Below are positions 53,566-63,895 of a DNA stretch of 64,000 bases, piece after piece (the stretch's first letter is position 1; each line of letters opens with the position of its first letter). The DNA lies in the NCBI GenBank assembly GCA_964453585.1, contig CAYVOW010000003.1:1616-65615 (forward strand), in the 5' to 3' direction. This DNA comes from an uncultured Micropruina sp. (GTDB lineage Bacteria; Actinomycetota; Actinomycetes; Propionibacteriales; Propionibacteriaceae). Position numbers and translations under genes: made by a program. The notes under the pieces were generated by a model. The model was given only the letters and a program-made list of their open reading frames with translations. It ran no database searches and was not told the origin of the DNA.

Positions 53566-53770
53566 CCCCTGCTTCAGCGCTGACTGGGCGAGATCGGGTC
53601 AGCCGCGCGTCCAAGGTACCTGGTATGCAGGCAGCCGCCTTGTTGTCATGTGGGCGCGCGTGCCAGCAGGGCACCCCGTAATCGTGTAACCGCCGCTGGC
53701 GCTCGGCCGTCCTCTGTACTGTGAGAAAACGTACGGGCAGGCCCGGCCGGCTCTCGATCAAGGAGCAGCG

Positions 53771-54832
53771 ATGCGCGCGGCAATCATGCACGCCCCAGGC
53801 CAGGTCGACCTGGTGGAGGTCCCCGACACGACGATCCAGTATCCAACCGATGCGGTTGTACGGGTCGTCGCCGCTTGCGTGTGCGGCTCCGATCTGTGGC
53901 CGTACCGGGGCGTCGAACCCGTCAACGAGAAGCGGATGGGTCACGAGGCGGTCGGGGTCGTCGCCGAGGTCGGCGACGAGGTGAAGGGCATTGAGGTGGG
54001 CGACTTCGTGGTCGTCTGCATGTTCAATAGCTGCGGTGAATGCGCCAACTGCCTGGGCGGCTGGCCAACGAACTGCTTCACGCGAAGCTTCTACGGCACA
54101 ACAGACACCGAGAACAGCGCGCAATCTGCTCAGCAGGGCGAACTGCTGCGCGTCCCCCGTGCCAGCTGGAACCTGGTCAAGGTGCCAGGCGTCGACCCGG
54201 AGTCCGACGAGGGCCGAGCGCTGATTCCCAGCTTGCTCACCTTGGCCGACGTGATGTGCACCGGCCACCATGCCGTCGAAGCCGCAGGAGTGACGGAGGG
54301 CAGCACCGTTGCCGTCGTCGGTGACGGCGCCGTTGGGCTGTGCGGCGTGATCGCCGCCAAGCGGGTAGGCGCCGCCCGCATCGTGGCGATGTCGCGGCAC
54401 GCCGACCGCAGCGCACTGGCCAGCAAGTTCGGCGCGACCGACATCGTGGCCGAGCGTGGCGAGGAGGGGATCGCCAAGCTTAAGGAGATGTTCGGCGGCA
54501 TTGGCCCCGACACCGTCCTCGAATGCGTTGGCACCGAGGAGTCGATGGCCCAGGCGCTCGGCTCGGCCCGACCCGGCGGACAGGTTGGTTTCGTCGGGGT
54601 ACCCGCTGGCGGACCCCAGTTGCCCGTACCACAGATGTTCGGGACGAACGTCGGCGTCAAGGGGGGTCTCGCTCCCATCCGCCGCCACATCGAGGCACTG
54701 CTGCCGGACGTGCTGAACGGCTCGATCACACCTGGTGCCGTGTTCGATCTCCAGGTTCCCCTGACTGACGTAGCCGAGGCCTACCGCGCCATGGACGAGC
54801 GCCGCGCCACCAAGGTGCTGCTCTGGACCTGA
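53771..54832 (+). CDS. Zinc-dependent medium-chain alcohol dehydrogenase family oxidoreductase
   Basis: ACVCGSDLW, GHEAVGVV, structural-zinc cysteines CGECANC, Rossmann VAVVGDGAVGLCG. Confidence 0.93.
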   Translation: MRAAIMHAPGQVDLVEVPDTTIQYPTDAVVRVVAACVCGSDLWPYRGVEPVNEKRMGHEAVGVVAEVGDEVKGIEVGDFVVVCMFNSCGECANCLGGWPTNCFTRSFYGTTDTENSAQSAQQGELLRVPRASWNLVKVPGVDPESDEGRALIPSLLTLADVMCTGHHAVEAAGVTEGSTVAVVGDGAVGLCGVIAAKRVGAARIVAMSRHADRSALASKFGATDIVAERGEEGIAKLKEMFGGIGPDTVLECVGTEESMAQALGSARPGGQVGFVGVPAGGPQLPVPQMFGTNVGVKGGLAPIRRHIEALLPDVLNGSITPGAVFDLQVPLTDVAEAYRAMDERRATKVLLWT

Positions 54833-55048
54833 CCGGCGCCTGCGGGTAACGGGTCGGAGCGCATAGCAGTGATGCGTCGTCTTCTCCGGGCGACCGGCGC
54901 CTCGAGTGGGCCCGAATCAGCATCGCGCCCACCCCACGCCGAGTCGTCGGCGTCGCCCTCGCGCTCCAAGCCCGGCACCAGTTGGCGGCCCTTGCCATGC
55001 GGAACGTGTCCAAGCGCTTTCGACCATCACCCTCACTACGCTGATGCC

Positions 55049-55960
55049 ATGCCGGACAGCCCCTTCGTTCCTGACGCCTTCGTTCCGCCGCGTTCGCTGG
55101 TGACCGCCGACTTCGTCCTCGAGCCGCTTGGCCCTCCGCACAACGAGTCAGACCTAGCGGCATGGTCGTCCAGCATCGAGCACATCCGCAGTACCCCCAG
55201 CTATCCGGACGGGACCTGGCCGCCAATCGAAGGCATGAGCCTGGCTGAGAACCTCAGCGACCTCACCCGGCACGCCGCCGATTTCGAGGCCCGGAAGGGG
55301 TTCACTTTCACCGTTCTCGACCCGGACGACCGGCACGTGATCGGCTGTGTCTACCTCTACCCGCCGTCGCGAGGCTTCGGTGACGTCAGCGTCCAGTCGT
55401 GGGTGAGCGCCGAGCGAGCCGAGTTGGACGCCCCACTCGCCAACGCCGTAGCCGCCTGGCTGACGGCCGCTTGGCCGTGGCGCGAACCAGATCGCTACGG
55501 CCGTCCGACGCCACCAACCGACGAGCGGATCGTCGTCGGCGAGCGGATCGTCAAGGCTCCGGCCGCCCGGATCTTCAACCTGATCGCTGACCCCGCCGAG
55601 CAGCCCCGCTGGGACGGCAACGACAACCTGACCGAGGCCCCTCAGGGCCAACGAGTGCACGCTGCCGGAGAGGCGTTCACGATGCTCACCAGCAAGGGCA
55701 AGACCAAGGTCAACCACATCGTCGCCTTCGACGAGGGCCGGACGATCGCCTGGCAGACAGCCGATCTGGGCCATCGGCCGCCGGGTCACATTTGGCGCTG
55801 GGACCTAGTCCCGATCGACTCGACCACCACCCGGGTGATCCACACCTACGACTGGACCGGCGTCACGGACGAGGCCCGCTGGCCGCGGCATCGCCAGACC
55901 TCGGCGGCCAATCTGGTCGCCTCCATCGACCGGTTGGCGGCGCTGGCCGAGAGCCGGTGA
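55049..55960 (+). CDS. Two-domain protein: GNAT-like N-acetyltransferase + SRPBCC (START/polyketide-cyclase-like) domain
   Basis: N-terminal half: FVLEPLGPPHNESDLAAW...FTFTVLDPDDRHVIGCVYLYP (GNAT-like). C-terminal half: ERIVKAPAARIFNLIADPAEQPRWDGN...TIAWQT...WRWDLVPIDSTTTRVIHTYDW (SRPBCC). ATG at 55049. Confidence 0.7.
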   Translation: MPDSPFVPDAFVPPRSLVTADFVLEPLGPPHNESDLAAWSSSIEHIRSTPSYPDGTWPPIEGMSLAENLSDLTRHAADFEARKGFTFTVLDPDDRHVIGCVYLYPPSRGFGDVSVQSWVSAERAELDAPLANAVAAWLTAAWPWREPDRYGRPTPPTDERIVVGERIVKAPAARIFNLIADPAEQPRWDGNDNLTEAPQGQRVHAAGEAFTMLTSKGKTKVNHIVAFDEGRTIAWQTADLGHRPPGHIWRWDLVPIDSTTTRVIHTYDWTGVTDEARWPRHRQTSAANLVASIDRLAALAESR

Positions 55961-56051
55961 GGCCCGGGTTCATCAGCGTGGAACATCGCCGACCAACTGT
56001 GGTGCGTGATGTTCCATCGTGCGTCGGGGGTCGACGCTGAGCTTGAGAAAC

Positions 56052-56663
56052 TCAGGAGTGCTCCAGCGCCAGCCGGACGCTGAACGCCCCGAGGGCGACG
56101 CCGGTGGCGGCGTCGATCGTCCGCCGCACCCTGGCCCGGCGCAGCCAGGCGCCGGCGCGATCCATGACTAGGACCAGCAGCCCCAGGTACAGCAGCCCGA
56201 CCACGGCGTGGGTGAGCGCCAGCAGCAGCAGGGTCGCGAACCCGCCGTCGCCCAGGAACTGGGGCAGGACAGCCAGGTAGAACACCAGCACCTTCGGGTT
56301 CGTAATGTTCGACAAAACCCCTTGCCGAAAGCCGCGACTGGCCGCCGTCCCGGTCGGAAGGTCGGCGTACTCGCCCCGCCAGGCCGCCACCAGCGCCTGA
56401 ATGGCCAGCTAGGCCAGGTACAGCACGCCGGCCCACTTGATCGCCAGGAACAGTGGCTCCGAGGCCACGATCACCGCACCCAACCCGGCAGCGGCCAGCA
56501 GCCCCTGGACCGCGCAGGCGAGGGCGATTCCGGCGGCGGTCGCCCAGCCGCGCGCCCGTCCGCCGGTCAGAGTGTGGCGGGTGACGATGGCGAAGTCGGG
56601 GCCCGGCACCATGGCGAGCACGATCGCGATGGTGAGGAACGAGAGATAGGCCTGCGGGGTCAC
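56052..56663 (-). pseudogene. LysE/RhtB-family amino-acid exporter interrupted by one in-frame TAG
   Basis: The two track ORFs (56409-56663 and 56052-56390) are in the same frame. The read-through sequence is ...LFLAIKWAGVLYLA-TAG-LAIQALVAAWRG... The stop (reverse complement of 56409-56411) lies in the conserved segment just after YL, where I expect Trp (TGG). Confidence 0.75.
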
Positions 56664-56712
56664 GAGCCCAGCATGCCGGACGCCGCCGCGGCGGCTGTGC
56701 GATGCTCCGGGA

Positions 56713-57327
56713 GTGAACCACCATCACCATGGCCACGATTTCGACGCCCACTACTCGATAAGTGAACGGATCTGGTCCGGCGAGCCCAACTTTGCCCTGG
56801 TCCAGGAGGTTTCGGGGCTGGCTCCGGGACGGGTGCTTGACGTGGGCTGCGGCGAGGGTGCCGACGCGGTCTGGCTGGCCGGTCAGGGGTGGACGGTGAC
56901 CGCCCTTGATCCGTCGATCATCGCCTTGACCCGGGCCCGCGAGGCCGCCCGTGAGGCCGGAGCCGCGGTCACCTTCCGGCACAGCGGCCTGGTCGAGGCC
57001 GCCCTGCCCCCGGCCTCCTTCGACCTGGTCTCGGCGTTCTACTTCGCGCTGGCGAAGACCCCTGACCACCAGGCCGAGCAAGCCCTCCTGAACTGCGTCG
57101 CCCCTGGAGGCCTCCTGCTGGTCGTCCACCACGCCGAGTTCGGCCAGCACGCGTCCCGGATGGAGGGGTTCAACCCCGCCGACTACCTCGAACCGGGCGA
57201 TATCAAGGCTGCGCTGGGGACGGACTGGACGGTGGAGGTGTTCGAGGAACGGGAGCGGGAGATCAGCGGCGGCGGCGGCGCGCATCACCGCAACGATGTC
57301 GTCCTGCGCGCCCGGCAATCGAGGTGA
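56713..57327 (+). CDS. Class I SAM-dependent methyltransferase (His-rich N-terminus)
   Basis: MNHHHHGHDFDAHYS..., VLDVGCGEGADAVWLA motif I, FDLVSAFY motif II. Its stop overlaps the psuK start (GTGA). Confidence 0.85.
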   Translation: MNHHHHGHDFDAHYSISERIWSGEPNFALVQEVSGLAPGRVLDVGCGEGADAVWLAGQGWTVTALDPSIIALTRAREAAREAGAAVTFRHSGLVEAALPPASFDLVSAFYFALAKTPDHQAEQALLNCVAPGGLLLVVHHAEFGQHASRMEGFNPADYLEPGDIKAALGTDWTVEVFEEREREISGGGGAHHRNDVVLRARQSR

Positions 57328-58259
57328 CCACGCCTCGGGTCTTGGTGATTGGCGGCGCCAACCTCGATCTCAAGGCCCAAACCGATTCGGCCCACATCCC
57401 GGCCACGTCCAACCCCGGCCGGTTGTCCTCTTCGGCGGGCGGGGTCGGCCGCAACGTCGCCGAGAACCTGGCCCGGCTCGGCACCCGGGTCGAGTTGGTG
57501 GCAGCCATCGGCAGCGATCCGTTCGGCGCGCAGCTTCGGGAGGCGACCGCTGCCGCTGGGGTGGTCCTGGACCGCCTGGTGATGTCGTCCGCGGCCAGCG
57601 GCACCTACCTCGCGGTGCTGGACGACCACGGTGATCTGGTCACCGGCGTCGCCGACATGACCGCCACCGACCAGTTGTCCCCGGCCGATCTGCGCCTCGA
57701 TCAGGGGCTGCAGGCCGAGCTGTTGGTCCTCGACTGCAACCTCCCGGTGGCCGTGCTGGAGACCCTGCTCGACCTGGCCGCCCGCGAGGCGATTCCGGTG
57801 GTGGTCGATCCGGTGAGCGTGGTCAAGTCCGCCCGCGTCCGGGACCTGCTGAACCCAGCGCGCCCGATCTTTGCGCTCACCCCGAACCTGGACGAACTGG
57901 CCGCGCTGACCGGGATGCCGACCGACGACCATGCCGATCAGGACGCCGCCGCCGACGCGCTGCTCGCCAGGGGCGTCGAGGTGGTCTGGGTGCGTCGAGG
58001 ACGAGCCGGGTCGCGGCTGTACCGGACAGGCGCCGCGCCCGCCCACGTTCCGGCGACGACGGTCGTCCCGGTCGACGTGACCGGCGCCGGGGACGCCATG
58101 ACCGCGGGCTTCGTCCACGCCCTGGTGAGAGGCCAAGACGCCGTCGGAGCGGCGAGGTTCGGCGCGGTGGCGGCCGCCCTGACCGTGGCCAGCCAGCACA
58201 CTGTCCGTCCAGACCTCACCCACGAACTGGTCGAATTCCACCTGTCGAAGGAGTTCTGA
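57324..58259 (+). CDS. psuK: PfkB-family carbohydrate kinase, probable pseudouridine kinase
   Basis: VLVIGGANLDL, GGVGRNVAENLARLG, DVTGAGDAMTAGF (PfkB signature 2). It is translationally coupled to psuG (TGATG). Confidence 0.8.
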   Translation: MTTPRVLVIGGANLDLKAQTDSAHIPATSNPGRLSSSAGGVGRNVAENLARLGTRVELVAAIGSDPFGAQLREATAAAGVVLDRLVMSSAASGTYLAVLDDHGDLVTGVADMTATDQLSPADLRLDQGLQAELLVLDCNLPVAVLETLLDLAAREAIPVVVDPVSVVKSARVRDLLNPARPIFALTPNLDELAALTGMPTDDHADQDAAADALLARGVEVVWVRRGRAGSRLYRTGAAPAHVPATTVVPVDVTGAGDAMTAGFVHALVRGQDAVGAARFGAVAAALTVASQHTVRPDLTHELVEFHLSKEF

Positions 58260-59179
58260 TGACCCATCCGATGCTGGCGCTGTCACCGGAGGTGGCCGAG
58301 GCGATCGACACCGGACGACCGATCGTGGCGCTGGAGTCCACGATCATCAGCCACGGCATGCCCTACCCGGACAACGTGGCGATGGCCCGCGAGGTGGAGG
58401 ACCTCGTCCGCGAGGGCGGTGCGGTGCCGGCCACCATTGCGATCCTCGACGGGCGGCCGCGGATCGGACTCGACGCGGGGCAACTGGAACTGCTGGCCAG
58501 CGACCCCCACGTCGCCAAGGTGAGCGTCCGCGACCTCGGGCACGTGATCGCGACCCGGGGCCACGGCGCCACCACCGTCGCCTCCACGATGCGGCTGGCG
58601 CACCTCGCGGGGATCCGGGTGTTCGTCACCGGCGGCATCGGCGGCGTCCACCGTGGCGCGGAGGCCAGCATGGACATCAGCGCGGATCTCACCGAACTCA
58701 GCACGACCCCGGTGGCGGTGATCAGTGCCGGGGTGAAGTCGATCCTGGATATCGGCCGGACGCTGGAGGTGCTGGAGACCCTGGGCGTCCCGGTGGTCGG
58801 GTTCGGCACCGACGACTTCCCGTCCTTCTACTCCCGCACCTCCGACTTCGCCTGTCCGCTGCGGGTGGACGACGCCGAGCAGGCGGCCGCGCTGATGCGG
58901 GCCACCTGGGGCCTCGGTCTGCCCACCGGCATCTCGTTCGCCAACCCCGTCCCGGCCGCCGATGAGCAGCCGCGCGGCGAGATCGACGGCTTGATCGAGC
59001 AGGCGCTGGCCGATTGCGACGCCCGCGGCATCACCGGCAAGGACATCACCCCGTACCTGCTGGGTCGCATAGTGGAGCTCTCGGGAGGCCGCAGCCTGGC
59101 GACGAACATCGCCCTGGTCAAGAACAACGCGCGGGTGGGCGCTGCGATCGCGGTCGCCTACACCGAGTCAGCGGACTGA
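58259..59179 (+). CDS. psuG: Pseudouridine-5'-phosphate glycosidase
   Basis: PIVALESTIISHGMPYPDN, ATIAILDGR, GATTVASTM, VFVTGGIGGVHRG, DISADLTEL, VISAGVKSILDI, TLEVLETLGVPV. Confidence 0.95.
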   Translation: MTHPMLALSPEVAEAIDTGRPIVALESTIISHGMPYPDNVAMAREVEDLVREGGAVPATIAILDGRPRIGLDAGQLELLASDPHVAKVSVRDLGHVIATRGHGATTVASTMRLAHLAGIRVFVTGGIGGVHRGAEASMDISADLTELSTTPVAVISAGVKSILDIGRTLEVLETLGVPVVGFGTDDFPSFYSRTSDFACPLRVDDAEQAAALMRATWGLGLPTGISFANPVPAADEQPRGEIDGLIEQALADCDARGITGKDITPYLLGRIVELSGGRSLATNIALVKNNARVGAAIAVAYTESAD

Positions 59180-59259
59180 GTGGAACTCAGGCAGCGCTGA
59201 ACGGCGATTGTGACCCCGAAACGGCCCAATTCCGGCGTTCAGCGCTGTCAGAGTTCCAC
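59180..59259. terminator. 80-nt extended palindromic hairpin between convergent psuG and the citrate synthase gene
   Basis: GTGGAACTCAGGCAGCGCTGAACGGCG...CGGCGTTCAGCGCTGTCAGAGTTCCAC: 27-nt arms with 4 mismatches. Confidence 0.6.
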
Positions 59260-59267
59260 GGCCGGCG

Positions 59268-60539
<1,272 letters not shown>

Positions 60540-60655
60540 GGTCCGACCCTAAGGAGCAGCGATGACGGTGATCGTGGGGGGCCGCTCCCTGAGATCGGCG
60601 GACAAAGGAAGAGGCCGCCGGTAACTCCGGCGGCCTCATCCTTACAGGTGATCTT

Positions 60656-61207
60656 CTAGGTGATGAAGTCAGCGCCACACTGGCAGATGCCGTGAGGCGG
60701 CGTCTTGGTCACGAGGTAAGGACCGAGACTCAGTGAGGCATGGTTGTCTGGGTCGGAGCTGCAGGGGCACGAATGGCCCCACTCAGCCGTGATCGTGAAC
60801 TCGAAAGTATCGTTGGAGCTGTCCTTCGACCCCTTGAAGAAGAAGTACACAGTGCCGGTGTCATTCGCGGGGATCTCGATGCACCCAGAGGCCGGCTTAG
60901 TCCACGTGTAGGTCACGTCCGTACCGGTGGTGGCGATCTGCACGTTACAGATGTAAACGTCCAGACTCGAGTTATTCGTGACCGTGAACGCCATGGCATA
61001 GCCCTTGGGCGCCTTGCGGCAACTGTTCCCGGGGAACTTGCAGGCACCCTGGTAGCTGAAGGTCGGCTTCGGCCCCGACATCGCATACGCCGGCGCAGCC
61101 CCGGCGATGGTGATCGCGGGCACGGCCCACGCGGCGCCCACCGCGAGCTTGCGACGAGATAGGCCCGTCGGCTCGCTGAGGCGAGGCTTGCTGGTCTCGT
61201 CAGTCAT
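60656..61207 (-). CDS. Tat-exported, 8-cysteine small secreted protein (183 aa), no family recognised
   Basis: Only the 3' end of the 836-aa track ORF is credible. It starts at MTDETSKPRLSEPTGLSRRKLAVGAAWAVPAITIAGAAPAYA, with a twin-Arg-like SRRK motif and an AYA cleavage site. GGGGGA lies 8 nt before the ATG at 61207. The region looks more AT-rich than its neighbours. Confidence 0.65.
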   Translation of the reverse strand: MTDETSKPRLSEPTGLSRRKLAVGAAWAVPAITIAGAAPAYAMSGPKPTFSYQGACKFPGNSCRKAPKGYAMAFTVTNNSSLDVYICNVQIATTGTDVTYTWTKPASGCIEIPANDTGTVYFFFKGSKDSSNDTFEFTITAEWGHSCPCSSDPDNHASLSLGPYLVTKTPPHGICQCGADFIT

Positions 61208-61462
61208 GTCGAATATCCCCCAAAAGTTTGTTCGCTGGATTTGCCAGACGCGGCAAAAATACCATCCGCCCAGGGGTACGGCAATCCGCGGCCACCTGGT
61301 GACCACATCCCGAAAGCAGCAAAACTGCGTAGCCAGCACATCACTCCGGCGCTCGTGGGGCGCTTCACCGAGATGGTAGGGGTAGCTGCCCACAGTGTCG
61401 AGCACCCACGCCATGCAGTCGTCGGTGGCTTCCAACCGTGCCCACCGGCGCCCCTCGGGTAG

Positions 61463-61478
61463 CCTCGCCCGGGCGAGG
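61463..61478. promoter_or_regulatory. Perfect 16-bp palindrome overlapping the SD-like sequence of the ABC exporter gene
   Basis: CCTCGCCCGGGCGAGG, followed by GG and then GTG at 61481. A TAGCCT -10-like hexamer lies immediately upstream (61460-61465). Confidence 0.4.
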
Positions 61479-61480
61479 GG

Positions 61481-63289
61481 GTGATCATGACCGATCCGCA
61501 GCACCGGGCCGACGAGCGCGGCCCCCAGCGGATCGACCAGCGTGACCTCGACCGCCTGGCGGAGTCGCCGGTAAAAATGCGCCGGGTGGTCGAGTTGTTC
61601 GCACCCTTCCGCTGGCAGCTCGTCCTGGTCACCCTCACCATCGTGGCCGCGTCGGTCGTCGGGCTCGCCCAGCCGTTCCTGATCAGGGCTGTGATCGACG
61701 ACGCGCTGCCGCACGGAAACATCAAGCTGCTGATCCTGGCGGTCGGCGGCATGCTCGCGGTCGCGGTGATCACCGGCGTCCTGGGCGTTGCGCAGACCTG
61801 GATGGCCACGGCGATGGGCCAGCGGGTGATGCATAGCCTGCGGACGAGGGTCTTCGGCCACCTGCAGCAACTGTCCCTGGACTTCTTCAAGCGCACCCGG
61901 TCGGGCGATGTTCACTCGCGGTTGACCAACGACATTGCGGGGCTCCAGTCGGTGGTCACCACGACCGCAACCTCGGTGGCGTCCAACCTGACCACCGCGA
62001 TCGCCACCGCGGTAGCAATGGTGGTGCTGAACTGGCGGCTCTCCCTGCTCAGCCTGATCATCCTGCCCCCGGCCATCTGGACGACCCGGCGGGTGGCCCT
62101 GCTGCGGCGCGACCTGACCGCCAAACGGCAGCAGGCCCTGGCCGACCTGCACGGCCAGGTGGAGGAGTCCCTGTCGGTGAGCGGCGCCCTGCTCAGCAAG
62201 ACCCTCGGCTTGGCCGAGCTGCGCGCCGCCGCCTTCGCGGACAAGTCGTCGGAGTTGATCGACCTCGAACTGCGCAGCCAACTCGCCGGCCGCTGGCGGA
62301 TGGCGACGATGCAGATCATGTTCGCCATCGTCCCGGCGCTGATCTACCTGGCCGCCGGCTTTCCGCTGACCGCGGGCGATGTGACCATCGGGACGCTGAT
62401 CGCCTTCACCACCTTGCAGGTGTCGATCTTTCGGCCGATCCTCGGGTTGCTCAATATCGGCGCTCAGTGGGTGTCCTCGATGGCCCTGCTCAGCCGGATC
62501 TTCGGCTACCTCGACCTCCCGATCGACGTCGCAGCGCCCACCCGCCCGGACGCCGTCGACCCGGCCCGCCTGGCCGGGGAGATCCGCTTCGAGCAGGTCA
62601 GCTACCGCTACCCGGACGGCGACGCCCCCGTGCTGGACGACGTCGATCTGGTGATCCCCGCCGGCTGCACCCTGGGCGTGGTGGGGGAGACCGGGTCGGG
62701 CAAGTCGACCCTGGCCGCCCTCCTGGTCCGGCTGGCCGACCCGACCTCGGGTCGCGTCCTGATCGACGGTCACGACCTGCGCAACCTCGCCCCCGAGGCC
62801 CTGGCCGCCACCGTCGGGGTGGTCACCCAGGAGACCTACTTGGTGCACGACTCGATCCGGGCCAACCTGCTGCTGGCTCGTCCCGACGCAACGGACGAGC
62901 AACTGTGGGATGCGCTGCGGATCGCCCAGGTGGACGACGTCGTGACTTCTCTTCCGGAGGGGTTGGACACCGTAGTGGGGTCCCGGGGCCACCGCTTCTC
63001 CGGCGGTGAGCGGCAGCGGTTGGCGATCGCCCGGACCGTTGTCCGAGACCCGCTCGTCCTGGTGTTGGACGAAGCCACCAGCGCGCTGGACACCGAAACC
63101 GAGCGTGACCTGCAGGGCGCCCTGGACGCCCTCGCCCGCGGCCGGACGACCCTGACCATCGCCCACCGCCTGACCACCCTGGCGGACGCCGATCGAATCG
63201 CGGTGATCGACCGCGGGCGGATCGTCGAGTTCGGCACTCCGGCCGAACTGCTCGCCCTCGGCGGCCGCTACGCCGACCTCTCCCGCTGA
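61481..63289 (+). CDS. ABC exporter, fused permease/ATPase (MsbA/MdlB type)
   Basis: Six-TM ABC_membrane domain followed by Walker A GETGSGKST, signature FSGGERQRLAIAR, Walker B VLVLDEATSALD and H-loop IAHRL. Confidence 0.93.
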   Translation: MIMTDPQHRADERGPQRIDQRDLDRLAESPVKMRRVVELFAPFRWQLVLVTLTIVAASVVGLAQPFLIRAVIDDALPHGNIKLLILAVGGMLAVAVITGVLGVAQTWMATAMGQRVMHSLRTRVFGHLQQLSLDFFKRTRSGDVHSRLTNDIAGLQSVVTTTATSVASNLTTAIATAVAMVVLNWRLSLLSLIILPPAIWTTRRVALLRRDLTAKRQQALADLHGQVEESLSVSGALLSKTLGLAELRAAAFADKSSELIDLELRSQLAGRWRMATMQIMFAIVPALIYLAAGFPLTAGDVTIGTLIAFTTLQVSIFRPILGLLNIGAQWVSSMALLSRIFGYLDLPIDVAAPTRPDAVDPARLAGEIRFEQVSYRYPDGDAPVLDDVDLVIPAGCTLGVVGETGSGKSTLAALLVRLADPTSGRVLIDGHDLRNLAPEALAATVGVVTQETYLVHDSIRANLLLARPDATDEQLWDALRIAQVDDVVTSLPEGLDTVVGSRGHRFSGGERQRLAIARTVVRDPLVLVLDEATSALDTETERDLQGALDALARGRTTLTIAHRLTTLADADRIAVIDRGRIVEFGTPAELLALGGRYADLSR

Positions 63290-63499
63290 GCGATCGCCGC
63301 TCTGGCCACCACCACCGTCGAACCGCTGCCGACCTCAGGGTTCACCCCCCGCCGCCGCGCCCCCGCAGTCTGCGTTTCTCCACTGGCGACGTCACGCGGC
63401 GGCGAGTTGGTCGTCCGCGCCACTAACCCGCCGCCACGGCCTGTCACCAGTTGCCGGGACGGGGGCCGGAGTCGGGCGTTCCCGACTCGGCGACAGTCC

Positions 63500-63505
63500 T
63501 AGACT
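63500..63505 (+). promoter_or_regulatory. Candidate -10 hexamer TAGACT for a leaderless ybjQ-like gene
   Basis: ccTAGACTgcggccATG, 6 nt to the ATG. It is preceded by the hairpin GAGTCGGGcgttCCCGACTC (63469-63488). Confidence 0.45.
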
Positions 63506-63511
63506 GCGGCC

Positions 63512-63895
63512 ATGCTGATCGTGACCACCAACGACATCCCGGGCTACAAGATCGAGGCCGTTTTCGGCGAGGTCATGGGCATGACCGTTCGCAGTGCCAA
63601 CATCGGAGCCAACTTCGTCGCCTCCTTTCGCGCCATCGGGGGCGGCGAGGTCAACGAGTACACCCAGCTGGTCTATGACAGCCGCCAGCAGGTGATGCAG
63701 CGGATGTGGGAGCAGGCGGTCCAGCGCGGCGCCAACGCGATCATCGGCTGCCGCTTCGACACCGGCGAGATCGCCGCCCAGTTCTCCGAGGTCTGCTGCT
63801 ACGGCACCGCGGTGGCGGTCGTGCCAATCCCGGAGGGTCAGCCCGGCGCCACCCCGCAGTCGATCGCCGACGCTGCCCGCGCCCAGGCGCGTTAG
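63512..63895 (+). CDS. ybjQ: YbjQ/UPF0145-family protein with a short C-terminal extension
   Basis: MLIVTTNDIPGYKIEAVFGEVMGMTVRSANIG...FRAIGGGEVNEYTQL...R...M...A...GANAIIGCRFD is the canonical YbjQ pattern. Confidence 0.9.
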   Translation: MLIVTTNDIPGYKIEAVFGEVMGMTVRSANIGANFVASFRAIGGGEVNEYTQLVYDSRQQVMQRMWEQAVQRGANAIIGCRFDTGEIAAQFSEVCCYGTAVAVVPIPEGQPGATPQSIADAARAQAR

